Below are positions 43,721 to 55,206 of a DNA stretch of 64,000 nucleotides, in pieces. Location: positions 82,123,532 through 82,187,531 of the forward strand of contig NC_068985.1 of assembly GCF_001194135.2 (NCBI RefSeq), in the 5' to 3' direction. The position numbers were made by a program, and so were the translations under genes. Below the pieces are notes generated by a model that worked only from the letters and a program-made list of their open reading frames with translations, ran no database searches and had not been told where the DNA came from. Every line of letters begins with the position of its first letter. Positions within the stretch are counted from its first letter, which is position 1. The DNA is from Octopus bimaculoides. Lineage: Eukaryota.

Positions 43721-45498
43721 ACTAGTGATTCTATGAGCCCAACTCCCACTCCTCGTATTATTTTATAGAAATGTAATGATACTAACAACAGTCTGATTCC
43801 TACATATATTTTATCACCTTTTAGATTTTAGATACAAATGAAACCAAAACTTTTGTAATAGTATCAATGCAATTTGGAAAGGAATGAACTAAAGAAGAAA
43901 AAAGAATTGACTATAAGTGGAGTTAAAGTTTTAACAAAATTATTTTTTAGATGGTAATTACTTCTGACCACTTTTGATTTTATTCTAGGATATTAATCAT
44001 AGGTAAATCATGGCTTATAAAATTTTTGAAGAAAATAAATTCCTTGCAAGCAATCTTAGAAACGAAATTTTCCTTACCGTAATTTACAAAGAACATTTTG
44101 TTTTTAAGAAATCTTTACAATTTTAATATTAACATTTGTTTTATTCATACTGACAAATTTTGGGTGAGTCTGCAGCACCATATTGCCATATTGTTCAATC
44201 TTGTGTCATCTTGTCTGTGAAGCCCATCAAATTATTACATGCAAATTTTCATGACTCAAAATCATAAATTATTAGGAATGTATTATAGAGTCTCTTTAAT
44301 CTGTCACCCATGGGACAGACAAATGTCGAAAGGCATATATCATTCAGGATTTAAAAAAAAATACCCAACCCACTTACTACAAATATCTAACAAGCTTAAC
44401 TATGGATATTCATGCATACAAGTCACAAGTCTTTAAAATGACGACTATTTTGGCAACAGTGTACAAAACAATTATAATTAGTTGCACCTAAATATCAGAC
44501 TGTCTCAGTTGAGAATGTGTCCCAGTAGATTCTCTTCTAAACTAAACATGCCAAGAAATTAGAATCTTCAAATAACAAATTTAAGTGATCCAGTTGCACT
44601 GAAACTATTTTAAAAACCTAACAGGCTAAATTCTCACTCATTATCCTGATCTATACAGAAAACCACAAAGAATTTAATAGGAGGTTAACACTACTTAAAA
44701 TATTACTCCTAACAATAGAAGATAAATCAACATTTCTATTTCAAAAATACGAATATATAATCCATGTAAATAAGCCAAATAATACTACAATTCTTTATTC
44801 CTGTTAATGCAAGATGTACCATAAATCTCTTGAGTCTCAATTAAGATACAAAATTATAATCCTGTTCTAATATATAATTCTTATTCGAAGATAACCAAGG
44901 TTAAGATGGATGTAAAGCTATTATGAATGTAATTAATAATGGTGTTTTAACATGTTCAAAATTCCGGGAGTGTTAAAGAAAGAAACTATCTTTACACTAG
45001 CTAAGTATTTACAGGTAATTTACTCTTCAATACTATAATGATTATTGATAAAAACAAAAATAAATGAAATAAAATAAAAAAAGAAGAATACATCAGAAGA
45101 TTAATACATCAGTAGGGTCTCTATAAAAGAAAGTAAAAGGCTATTCTCTGAGAAATAATAGTATCTACTGCATAAAGTAGTGCTTTCTCTAATTAGAAAG
45201 AATTCCTAAAAGGACTGACATTATTATCTGTTTTGCTCTGGATGATTTAATCAATTCTTTGAGCTGTTGGAAAGTGGCCAAGCCATGTAAGTCGTCTTTT
45301 TATTTTCTATATGTTTTTATTAATTCTTATTTCTACTTTTTAAAAATTTTGTAACTTTGTTTTTGTTCTTGCTTGATTATTTTTCCCCTTTCACATGTAA
45401 TTCTGATTATAGATAGTTGTGAGTCATTTGTGGTACAGATTCTTTGAAGGTACCATTAATTAATACCATATCATACAATATGAAGTTTCATATGAATA

Positions 45499-45539
<41 letters not shown>

Positions 45540-45540
<1 letters not shown>

Positions 45541-45870
45541 TTCTTGCACTGGCACAAGGTCACCAAATTGGGGGAAGCATATAGTTGATTAAATTGAATC
45601 CAGCATTTGAATGGTGTTTATTTAATTGAACCTGTAAGGAGGAGGGGCAAAACTGACCTCAGAATTTGAACTTGGAATACAATTTGTTTGTATTAGTACT
45701 AGCTCACTTCAAACTTGTAGTGATGTGTATAGTTGATTTCATTGATATCAGTATATGACTGGCACTTATTTTATTGGATCTTGGAAGAATGAAATACAAT
45801 CAACTTCAGTAAGATTTGAGCTCATATCATAAAAGGATAAATTAAATACTCATAAGTATTTCTGCCATTT
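45540..45870 (-). mobile_element. Diverged SINE B-like copies
   Basis: Plus-strand GGCAAAACTGACCTCAGAATTTGAACT and CAACTTCAGTAAGATTTGAGCTCA are reverse complements of the SINE B B-box region. Confidence 0.5.
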
Positions 45871-46261
45871 AAAAAAATTCTATGTAAAGAAAACATTTCT
45901 ATTGAAAAGTGTCAAATATTTTGACCAATTAAATTACAGGACTACAATGTTTCTCCATTTAACTTTTGGGGAGAGAGTTCAATTATAAATACCAGTTAGA
46001 CATTAGGATCAATTCAATTGATTAACATTTAAATACTGAACAGTATATATAAAGGATAAAATCCTTTTAAGAGCAGAAAAATTTGCCGGCAACCAGCAAA
46101 TGTATTGTTCTACAATACATCTTAATGCTTCAAAAACAAACTTATGTTTGTTTACCTATGAGGTAATCAATTGATTAAGTTGCATTCTCTTCATACGTAA
46201 ACAAAGCAAATGACTACCATTGCAATCATCATCATCACCATTATTATTATTATTATTATTT

Positions 46262-46585
46262 AAGATGTTGCACAGTATGCAATATCGTGATGTTGTTGAC
46301 TGAAGATATTCTGTCTACCGGGGGTCAAGTTACAACAAGGACCTTTGACTAACAGTACTTTACACATTATGTGTGCAGCTCCAAGTAATGCCAGTTTTTG
46401 TAATACCCCTAGACTGTAGGGTATTTCTGACACTTCCAGATGTTTCTTCAGGTTGGGTGGTATTGAACCCAATGCTCCGATGACAACAGGGACAACCTTT
46501 ATGCTTGACTCTCGTAGCTTCCACATCTTGGCGATCCCAATTTTCAGGCCTCCATATTTATCAATTTTTTCTCTTTCTTTGATGA
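46262..46585 (-). mobile_element. 5'-truncated R4/Dong-like non-LTR retrotransposon (C-terminal REL endonuclease region plus 3' end)
   Basis: The frame reads IIKEREKIDKYGGLKIGIAKMWKLRESSIKVVPVVIGALGSIPPNLKKHLEVSEIPYSLGVLQKLALLGAAHIMCKVL. This matches the EK..KY..L...W....V.VVPVVIGALG.....LQK.ALLG.A.I..KVL pattern of R4/Dong/NeSL-type REL domains. Confidence 0.8.
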
Positions 46586-47457
46586 TAATTATTATTGTTG
46601 TTGTTGTTGTTGTTGTTATTATATTTTAAAAGGATTGCCATAACTCCTCACGAAGGTAAACTGACAATTGTCTATTATTATTATTATTATTATCATCATC
46701 ATCATCATTATTATTATTTTTATTATTATAATTTATGATTATTCCTATTATCATTATTGTTGTTATTCTTCTTTCTGGTATATCTGAACAATAAACATTC
46801 CTCTCGAATAAAAAGCTCATTACAAGGGAGCAGTAATATCAGCAAAAGATGATGCTTATTGTTTATATATTATTTAGTGTGTTCCAGGTCATATTAACCA
46901 GCAAAGCTGGATCTTGTGTCATTCTGAGTTCCAAACTGCATTATCAGCAGTAAAGTATGCCTGAGAGAACTATAGAATGGTCAAGCAGCTGTAAATAATA
47001 TAGCAAAGCCAATGCACAAATACAGCAGCTAAGTGCAGTAACAGTAGTGATAGGCACAGTAGTAGATTTAGCAGCAGGATGGTGGTGGTGTGTAAGTCTT
47101 GGGGTTGCAGTAGTGTTAGCAATAGTATAAGAAGTATGAGAGTAGTATTTAGTTAGTCAATCAGTCAGTCAAGATTGCCTTTTTGTTCAATGTTTCATAG
47201 ATTACATGTTACAGATTATGATACAGCTGGCTTTTTAATGCTGTAAGACTTGAAGGCAGAAAAGAGATTGTAAAAGCTACACATAGGTGACAAGATCAGC
47301 ACCAGAGGCACACCTGTCTAGAAATTAAACAGCTGTTCTTTTGAAAACTGTTATTTCAAAAGAAAGAAAATTCGAACAAACAAAAGCAAGAGGAAATGGT
47401 TAAATAAATATGCACAAACACATTGAAGAAAGAAAAAGTGAGGAGAGATTATTAATC

Positions 47458-47511
<54 letters not shown>

Positions 47512-48099
47512 CATTATTATTACTTGAGCAATGTAGATGAGTTTTACTTTTTAAGAATGTTAAACACACACACACATATGTGTATAATCTTTAATGTATT
47601 TTACAATTATTATTTAGAGGGGAAAAGATGCAATATTTTTTAGAATTTATCATGAATTTTCAGAATATTTTTTTTTTAAAAAAAAGAGGAATTTGAAATC
47701 AAAATCTATTAAAGATGATGTTTGATGGTTTTGATGGACTGTATGTATTTCATGGTTGTTTTTTACTTCATGTTATTTTTATTATTTAAAAACATTTTTT
47801 TATATTTTATACCATGCAAAATGACATTTTATCAAACTTTTAACATTTTAACATTATTCAATCATTAATGGATGAGAGAATAACTGCAGTTAAACAAAGA
47901 AATAAATAGAGAACAACAAAGAGAAAGAGACATACAGAAAGACAGAGAAAGAAGAGGGAGAGAGCATAAAAGAAAAATGATGAGTAATGATGGTTTCTTA
48001 CATAGACATGAAACCTGCTCTATAAATAAGTAATCTAATGGTACAAAATGCCACAAATTTCTCTTTATGTTTCTCTAAATGTAATACATAGAAAATCTC

Positions 48100-49170
48100 A
48101 TTGTCATCATCATTTTACATCTGTTTGTTCATGTTTGCTTCAGCTGGCCATGTTTTCTCTAGCATTTGTTGTTTTTTTCTTTTTTTTATATCTCTTTTGT
48201 GAGGTTTAGTCTTAGCTTTCATTACTTTTCCCCATGTCTTCCTTGGTCTTCATCTTCTACATGATACAACTGTCATCCTTCATATGCATACCATATCAGT
48301 GCCAGTGTAGACTTCTCTCTTGCATACTGCATTTAATGCTTCTGTTACATAACTTGGTCCATCAATTCCATGCTTCTGTAGAGCATCTCCTTTGCCTTGT
48401 AGCAGTAGTCGATGATACTGCAATAATACTCATTTGGTGTCACATCTACCAATATTATCAGGTAGACTATGTGACTAATGTATGATCACTACCTTGGTGA
48501 TTTTCAGCACCTTGCTGATTATTCCTGATTGTCCTGTTGCTTTACCTGCCCTTATATTCTTAATCATAAATATGACCATATAATTGTCAATTTCAATAGC
48601 AGCTGGTCTCTGTTTGGTTTTCTTGATGCATTCTCCTCCTTCAGCAACCTCCTTTCATAATGGTATTCCCTTCATTTGGCAATCTCTCATAATAAGACTC
48701 CTGTTCACCTTTCGTTTCTGCATCATGTACCATTATCATTCCATATTTCTTGATTTCTTGATTCACACGAACACACTGTTTTATATCTTGTGTCCATGAT
48801 ATCACAGAACTGTTCTTTCAGTTTCTTTTTGGCTACATATATTTATATATTTAACTAACATTATTTTCTACATTCTTCCCACGTTCCCTAGTCTATTGTT
48901 AAATTTTTTGGTTCTATTTACCATGTCACCTGTCATCTCTTCTGTGAAGTTATTTATTCTGAGTTACTGTTCTTTTAGATGGGTTGCCATCATTGTAGTT
49001 TGCAAAGCCACGTATTTTCTTGGTGAAGAATTTCATTCAGAGACACTGCTCTCCTAATTGGTGCAGAATCCTCACTTCCCTTGTTTGCAATTCATTCAGA
49101 GATAATGTTCTTCAACTCTGGTCATCTTGTATAGCACTCACATCTCTCCATAATGCAACTCCAAGAACAG
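48100..49170 (-). mobile_element. Degenerate, internally deleted RTE-clade LINE
   Basis: Minus-strand remnants MIKNIRAGKATGQSGII...PNEYYCSII..CYK(GKGDAL) from the pre-RT region run almost directly into C-terminal remnants SIKCSMQERSLHW...R(G)RPRKTWGKVMKA, followed by a ...GATGTAAAATGATGATGA 3' tail. Many stops and frameshifts; the 5' boundary is approximate. Confidence 0.75.
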
Positions 49171-49799
49171 AAAAATAGAACAATGATTTCTTACATATAA
49201 GTGAAACAAATAGTCAATAAAAACATTTGGTCTCAGTATTTCACTGGTACATATTTTATTGAGCTTGGAAGGATGGAGGTGAATTCAACCTTCACTGGAT
49301 TTGAATTCATATAAGAAAGGAACAGAAATAAATATTGTAATACATATAAAATAGGGCTCCACTATTTCTGGCACTCTAGTATTACCATAGAAATAAAATT
49401 AAAATATTCCAATGGTCAATAGGCCAGATATTTGGAGATAGGAGTATTGGTGATTAAATCAATGTTATATTTGACACAGAAAATGCTAAATGGATCTTTG
49501 GAGGAATTCAACTCAAATGTATTGGAGCTACACTTAAATACTGTACAACATTTATTCTAATATCATTCCTATTTTTTTGTCGTCCCCAGAATATGGCAAC
49601 AATGATCATTTTCTAAATTGACAGAACAGTAAAAAATATTTAGAAGTGAGTTTGAATTATTGTACTGAGACTAGTATATGATTGGTACTTGCTATATTAT
49701 CTCACTAATATACAAAGTAAATTTGACTTTAATTCCATTTAAATGAAACTATGTAACATGCCATGTATATATTTTCAGTTACAAATCTACAATAAAAAA

Positions 49800-50400
49800 G
49801 TGGCTGTGTGGTAAGAAGCTTGCTTCACAACCACATGGCTCAGGGTTCAGTCCCACTGCATGGCACCTTAAGCAAGTGTCTTCTACTATAGAGCTTCAGG
49901 TCAACCAAAGCCTTGTGAGTGGATTTGGTAGACAGAAACGTTAGCACGACGGTTGAAATGCTTAGCTGTATTTTGTCTGCCGTGACGTTCTGAGTTCAAA
50001 TTCCACTGAGGTCGACTTTGCCTTTCATCCTTTCGAGGTCGATTAAATAAGTACCAGTTACGCACTGGGGTCGATGTAATCGACTTAATCCCTTTGTCTG
50101 TCCTTGTTTGTCCCCTCTGTGTGTAGCCCCTTGTGGGCAATAAAGAAATAAGAAACTGAAAGAAGCCTGTTGTGTATATGTGTGTGTGTGTGTCTGTGTT
50201 TGTCCCCCCCCTGCCACCATTGCTTGACAACTGATGTTGGTGTGTTTACATCCCCATAACTTAGCATTTTGGCAAAAGAGACCAATCGAATAAGTACCAA
50301 GCTTACAATGAATGAGTCCTGGGGTCAATTTGCTCGACTTAAGGTGGTGCTCCAGCATAGCTACAGTCAAATGATTGAAACAAGTAAAAGAAAAAGGATA
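49800..50400 (+). mobile_element. tRNA-derived SINE (family A), interrupted by a nested SINE at 49940-50150
   Basis: tRNA-like head GGCTGTGTGGTAAGAAGCTTGC...GGGTTCAGTCCCACTG...GCAAGTGTCTTCTACTATAG, resuming after the insert as (ga)aactgaaagaagcc, with tail GTCAAATGATTGAAACAAGTAAAAG. The same head recurs at 36124, 40545(-), 43525 and 51589. Confidence 0.85.
49940..50150 (+). mobile_element. tRNA-derived SINE (family B) nested in SINE A, with AGAAAC target-site duplication
   Basis: Pol III B-box-like GAGTTCAAATTCC (49992-50004), body GTCGACTTTGCCTTTCATCCTTTCG...GGGGTCGATGTAATCGACTTAA and A-rich end. AGAAAC occurs at 49934-49939 and 50151-50156. Confidence 0.85.
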
Positions 50401-51373
50401 AAATAAAAAAGGAATATGGACAGAAATCTGTGAAGGACACTTGCAGGCTTTATTCTTAGGTACAAGCAAATGATGAAGAGTTAGGAAAGAGTTGGGATTC
50501 TTACAGGAGTCAATGTTGTAGTAGAAACATAGATGACAGATGCTGATTGCTATCAGTAATCAGTATCCTGGGTTCTGATCAAAGTAAGTGTGGTGATGTG
50601 GTAATGATGATGATGATGATGATAAAACAGAAACATAAAATAAGAAAAGAGAAAATACGGGAATAGAAAGATAAAAAGAAAAGGGTCTGAAAAATTTATA
50701 GCCATTATATCAAAGTAATATAAAATTTGATATAAAGATCACAGATTTAATTTAAAGAAAAACCAAAAAAAAATAAATAAATAATGTTAAATAAACACAA
50801 AACTTAAAGTAAGACTAAATTATATTTTATGGTAGCCTATCTGTTATGCCCAATAGTACTCCTACCACTACCACTTTCACCAGCTCCACCTTTCATTTCA
50901 GGATATACTTGAACATTTAGAGATAAAATTTTAGAATTTGAAATAATAATATTCAAAGCCCTAACTTCTACTTTTACCTTACTTTCATTATTTTTTAAAT
51001 CCACCCCCACCAATATCAAGTGAATGAAACTAAAAAGAAAATGTGACAAAAAAAAAAAGAAAAGAAGCAATATTCAGCTATCTTTAAAATGTTGCTTTTC
51101 AGCGTGCTTGCCTGGATAAAACAGGAAGATTTAATCACTAGTAAAAACCTTCTTTTATTATACAAGCCATAGCTCAGGAGATGGCGCAGATGGTCGGTAG
51201 CCAACACAGGTTATTTTGTCATGCATCCCAGCAGAGTTAATAAAGTTTCTGGCTGTTATCTAGTTTAGCGATTAGTGCCTTAGCTGTGCAAGTGAGTTTG
51301 TGTGTAAATGTATTTTATGGCATTAAGCCATAAAACACATTTGCTCGGATACATATACTCTTAAACATATATG

Positions 51374-51422
<49 letters not shown>

Positions 51423-51588
51423 CTGTACCTATCATACATATATGTGAATGTGTTTATATATGTTTGTGCTTGTGTAAGATTTTACTAATTCTAAGTAGCT
51501 AACAGCATTAAAACTGTCCACCACTTAATTTGCTGGAGAGATAGATACTTTGCATTCATAATACCTACTTTATATATAGAGAGAGAGA

Positions 51589-52235
51589 CATGGTTCTGTA
51601 GTTAAGAAGCTTGTTTTACATCCACATGATTTCAAGTTCAGTCCCACTGCACTGTACCTTGGACAAACATCTACTATAGCGCTGGGTTGACCAATAAATT
51701 CAGTAGATTGAACTATGTGGAAGCCAACCCTATATATATATGTATATGTGTATGTCTTTGTGTTTGTGTACATGCTAATCCCACCACTTAACAACTGGTG
51801 TTCATTTGTTTATGTCCCGGTTACTCAGCAGTTTGTTAAAACAGAGCAATGGAGTAATCATGAGATTTTAAAAATAAGTACTAAGGTCGATTTAGTAGTT
51901 GTATGCTGTCAACTTAATGTGACAGTCCCCTGAAGGGAATAATACTACTGTTGGTTAGACCAAGGAAGCTGCACCGCTTCCTGTCGGCCTTGACACATTT
52001 CCTGTGTCCTTATGTTCACAAGGGGGAGACATAAGGACACAGGAAATGTGCCAAGGCCGACAGGAAGCAGCTTCCTAGGTCTAACCAACAGTAGTATTAT
52101 TCTCTTCAGTGGACTGTCACATTAAGCTGACAGCATACAACTACTTCATCGTATCACTACTGTATAAATCTTTCTCAGAGATTTAGAAATGTATTATTTC
52201 TAAGGTCGATTTGTTTAACTAAATTCTTGACAGTG
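51589..52235 (+). mobile_element. Diverged SINE A copy carrying a 306-bp foreign insertion
   Basis: Head ...AAGAAGCTTG...GTTCAGTCCCACTGC...CTACTATAG. The body ...AAATAAGTACTAAGGTCGATTT is interrupted at 51894 and resumes at 52200. Confidence 0.7.
51894..52145. repeat. 252-bp near-perfect inverted repeat (hairpin) inside a 306-bp insertion with a 13-bp TSD
   Basis: Left arm 51894-52015 pairs with right arm 52029-52145 (5 substitutions plus one 5-nt indel) around a 13-nt loop. CTAAGGTCGATTT is duplicated at 51881-51893 and 52200-52212. Confidence 0.95.
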
Positions 52236-52894
52236 TGTATGTATACACACCCACACCCACACACACACACACACACCCACACCTACACACATGCATATCC
52301 ATTATTTATAAAGCTTTGAATGCCATACCTGATATATATATATATATATATATATAATCTCTACACACACACACACAGATATATGTATATATGTAGCTAG
52401 TAGTGGGTATATTATTTTAGTATNNNNNNNNNNNNNNNNNNNNNNNNNNNNNNNNNNNNNNNNNNNNNNNNNNNNNNNNNNNNNNNNNNNNNNNNNNNNN
52501 NNNNNNNNNNNNNNNNNNNNNNNNNNNNNNNNNNNNNNNNNNNNNNNNNNNNNNNNNNNNNNNNNNNNNNNNNNNNNNNNNNNNNNNNNNNNNNNNNNNN
52601 NNNNNNNNNNNNNNNNNNNNNNNNNNNNNNNNNNNNNNNNNNNNNNNNNNNNNNNNNNNNNNNNNNNNNNNNNNNNNNNNNNNNNNNNNNNNNNNNNNNN
52701 NNNNNNNNNNNNNNNNNNNNNNNNNNNNNNNNNNNNNNNNNNNNNNNNNNNNNNNNNNNNNNNNNNNNNNNNNNNNNNNNNNNNNNNNNNNNNNNNNNNN
52801 NNNNNNNNNNNNNNNNNNNNNNNNNNNNNNNNNNNNNNNNNNNNNNNNNNNNNNNNNNNNNNNNNNNNNNNNNNNNNNNNNNNNNNNNNNNNNN

Positions 52895-53023
52895 GAAGAA
52901 GAAGAAGAAGAAGAAGAAGAAGAAGAAGAAGAAGAAGAAGAAGAAGAAGAAGAAGAAGAAGAAGAAGAAGAAGAAGGAGAAGAACAAGAAGAAGAAGAAG
53001 AAGAAGAAGAAGAAGAAGAAGAA
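52895..53023 (+). repeat. (GAA)n microsatellite adjacent to an assembly gap
   Basis: Read directly. Confidence 0.95.
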
Positions 53024-53414
53024 AATCAACAACAGCAACAAAAATATGTGAAAGCAAAGAATGAGTAGAAGTTGTGTGGTACAAACTTGAGAATTCAGAA
53101 TCAAGTAAAATTTAAGTAAAAAGGTGTAGGGGATGTTTTTAAAAAAATCAAATAAATGAATAAATATATCATTAAACAAATAAACAAAACCCTTCTTACA
53201 AAAACAAATACTAAATAAAAAGTAACAAACTAACAAAATATTCCAGTATTGCTAATGAAGAAAATGAGAAAAGTCATGTTGAATTCTTTAATAGGAACTG
53301 TAAGTAGATAGTGGTAGTTAAAATGTAAGTTAAGTGCAGCACACTGAGTTGAATACTGATCCCATACACCACCACATCACACTTAATTGAATGCTTCAAC
53401 TTAAGGGAAATCAG

Positions 53415-54290
53415 GCAGAGAAATATAGAGAGAGGGGTGGAGAGAAAAGGAGGAGGATAAGTGAAACAGTAGGGAAAAGGAAGATAGATATAGGGAGGAG
53501 AAAGAGGTAGAGGGTGAGAGTGTAATTGCAGTCAGTTTTAAGGTAGATGATAAGAGGGAGAAAGGAAGAGCAAGTGAGAATGAGATAGAGAGTAAGTGTG
53601 GTGTTGAAGACTAGGGAGAAAGGAGAGAGAGAAAGGGAGAGTGAGAAATAGACAGTGATAGGTATAGATAGATAGAGAAGAGGAGAAACAAAGAGAATAA
53701 TAGAAAGTGTTAGAGAGTAAGACAAAATAGTGGCTGTTAGTTTTGCTGATGGGAGGAAATGGGGATAGGTGAGCATCACAGTAGTAGTGTTGAATATGAG
53801 AGAGACAGAGGCATGGGGAATAGTGTTAGCATTGAAGAAGAGATGACTACAAGAATAGCAGTGTTAAAGAGAGAAAAAAAGGGAGAATATTGGCAGTGTT
53901 GAAGAGGAGAGAGGGATGGGGAAGAGGGAGTGTATTGGCAGTGTTTAAAAGTGAAAGGAAAATGCTCCCTCTCTACACACACACTATTGGCAATGTTAAA
54001 GATGAGAGGGAAAAAAGAGAGAGGGAGAGAGAGAATTGGCAGTATTACAGGTAGGAGAGAGATGCACATAGAAATGCAGTGAGTGACAATGTTGAAAAGA
54101 AAATGAGAGAGAAAGGTAGCAGTGTTGAAGATGGAAAAGATAGTAAAGGCAGTGTTAAAGGTGAGAGAGAGAGAGTGGTACATACACATACGCACACACA
54201 CAATAATAGCAGCCGGGAAGAAGAGAGAAAGAGAAATTAATGAAGATGATAGAGAGAGAAGTGGTGAATGGTGGTAGTGTTGAAAATCAC
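53415..54290 (+). repeat. Purine-rich degenerate minisatellite (units built on GGCAGTGTTRAAGA followed by GA-rich spacers)
   Basis: About a dozen variants of (G/A)GCAGTGTT(G/A)AAGA recur at irregular ~30-50 bp spacing (e.g. near 53858, 53891, 53935, 53987, 54036, 54117, 54147) in a strand-asymmetric G/A-rich tract. Confidence 0.65.
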
Positions 54291-55120
54291 ACACACACAC
54301 ATGTACATAAACAGAAGCTCAGGACAGAAGCAGTCAAGAAGATGTTGGTACTCGCCAATTTAGATAAAAGGCCCGAACTTGGATATAGGATAGTATGGAT
54401 TTTAAAGAAAACCAATTTTTGTAAAGGAAAAAATTATACTTTTAATTTTATTACACTGTGGCCACTTTTATATTTTTATACAGTTTGCATTTTAATACCA
54501 TACACACACACACATGTGCACATGCAGATACATGCCCCAAACACACATGCCTAGATATGCATACATGCATATGTACAGCTAGCCCATGAAACATTTATGG
54601 CAATTACAGAAACTGAATAAAAACTTTCCTTCTTTTTTCTTTTAAGTATTATGCTATGTTTATCTCCCCAAAGACATCGGCCCACCCCAGTACTATCTCC
54701 ACTACTACCATAACCATTATTATCATTATCAATCAAAATCACGATCCCAATTTTGATCATCATAATCAGATCATCATCATTAACATCATCAATATCATCC
54801 TCATCATCCTCATTCATTCATCCATTCATTGCCAGTAAATGTCAATATTGGATTCTAACAAGCAGTCATACTGGATCCAGAATCATAAAAAAATAAATTG
54901 CTAAAACAGATAAATTACTATAAAAAAGAATTTTTTAAATGCAGTTAAAAGATATGAAAACTTAAAAAATAAAAAAGAAATCCATCAAAATCAACAGAAT
55001 GTGAAATGAGGAAATTTGACTGCTTGTATGATAAAGGATTAAAATCGATTCTAACTTACTTGAGTGCGTTAAGCAAAAATAAATAAATAAATTTATTTAG
55101 AATATTAAATATATAAATTA

Positions 55121-55152
<32 letters not shown>

Positions 55153-55166
55153 TTATAATAATAATG

Positions 55167-55206
<40 letters not shown>

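Noticed and set aside
49801-50010. tRNA genes
   Set aside because: The A/B-box-like motifs belong to multi-copy SINE heads; no cloverleaf or anticodon arm is supportable.
51894-52199. Interpreting the hairpin as a canonical MITE, Helitron or hammerhead RNA
   Set aside because: The inverted repeat is not terminal, a 13-bp TSD is incompatible with Helitrons, and CTGAAGAG is not followed by a stem II-GAAA core.
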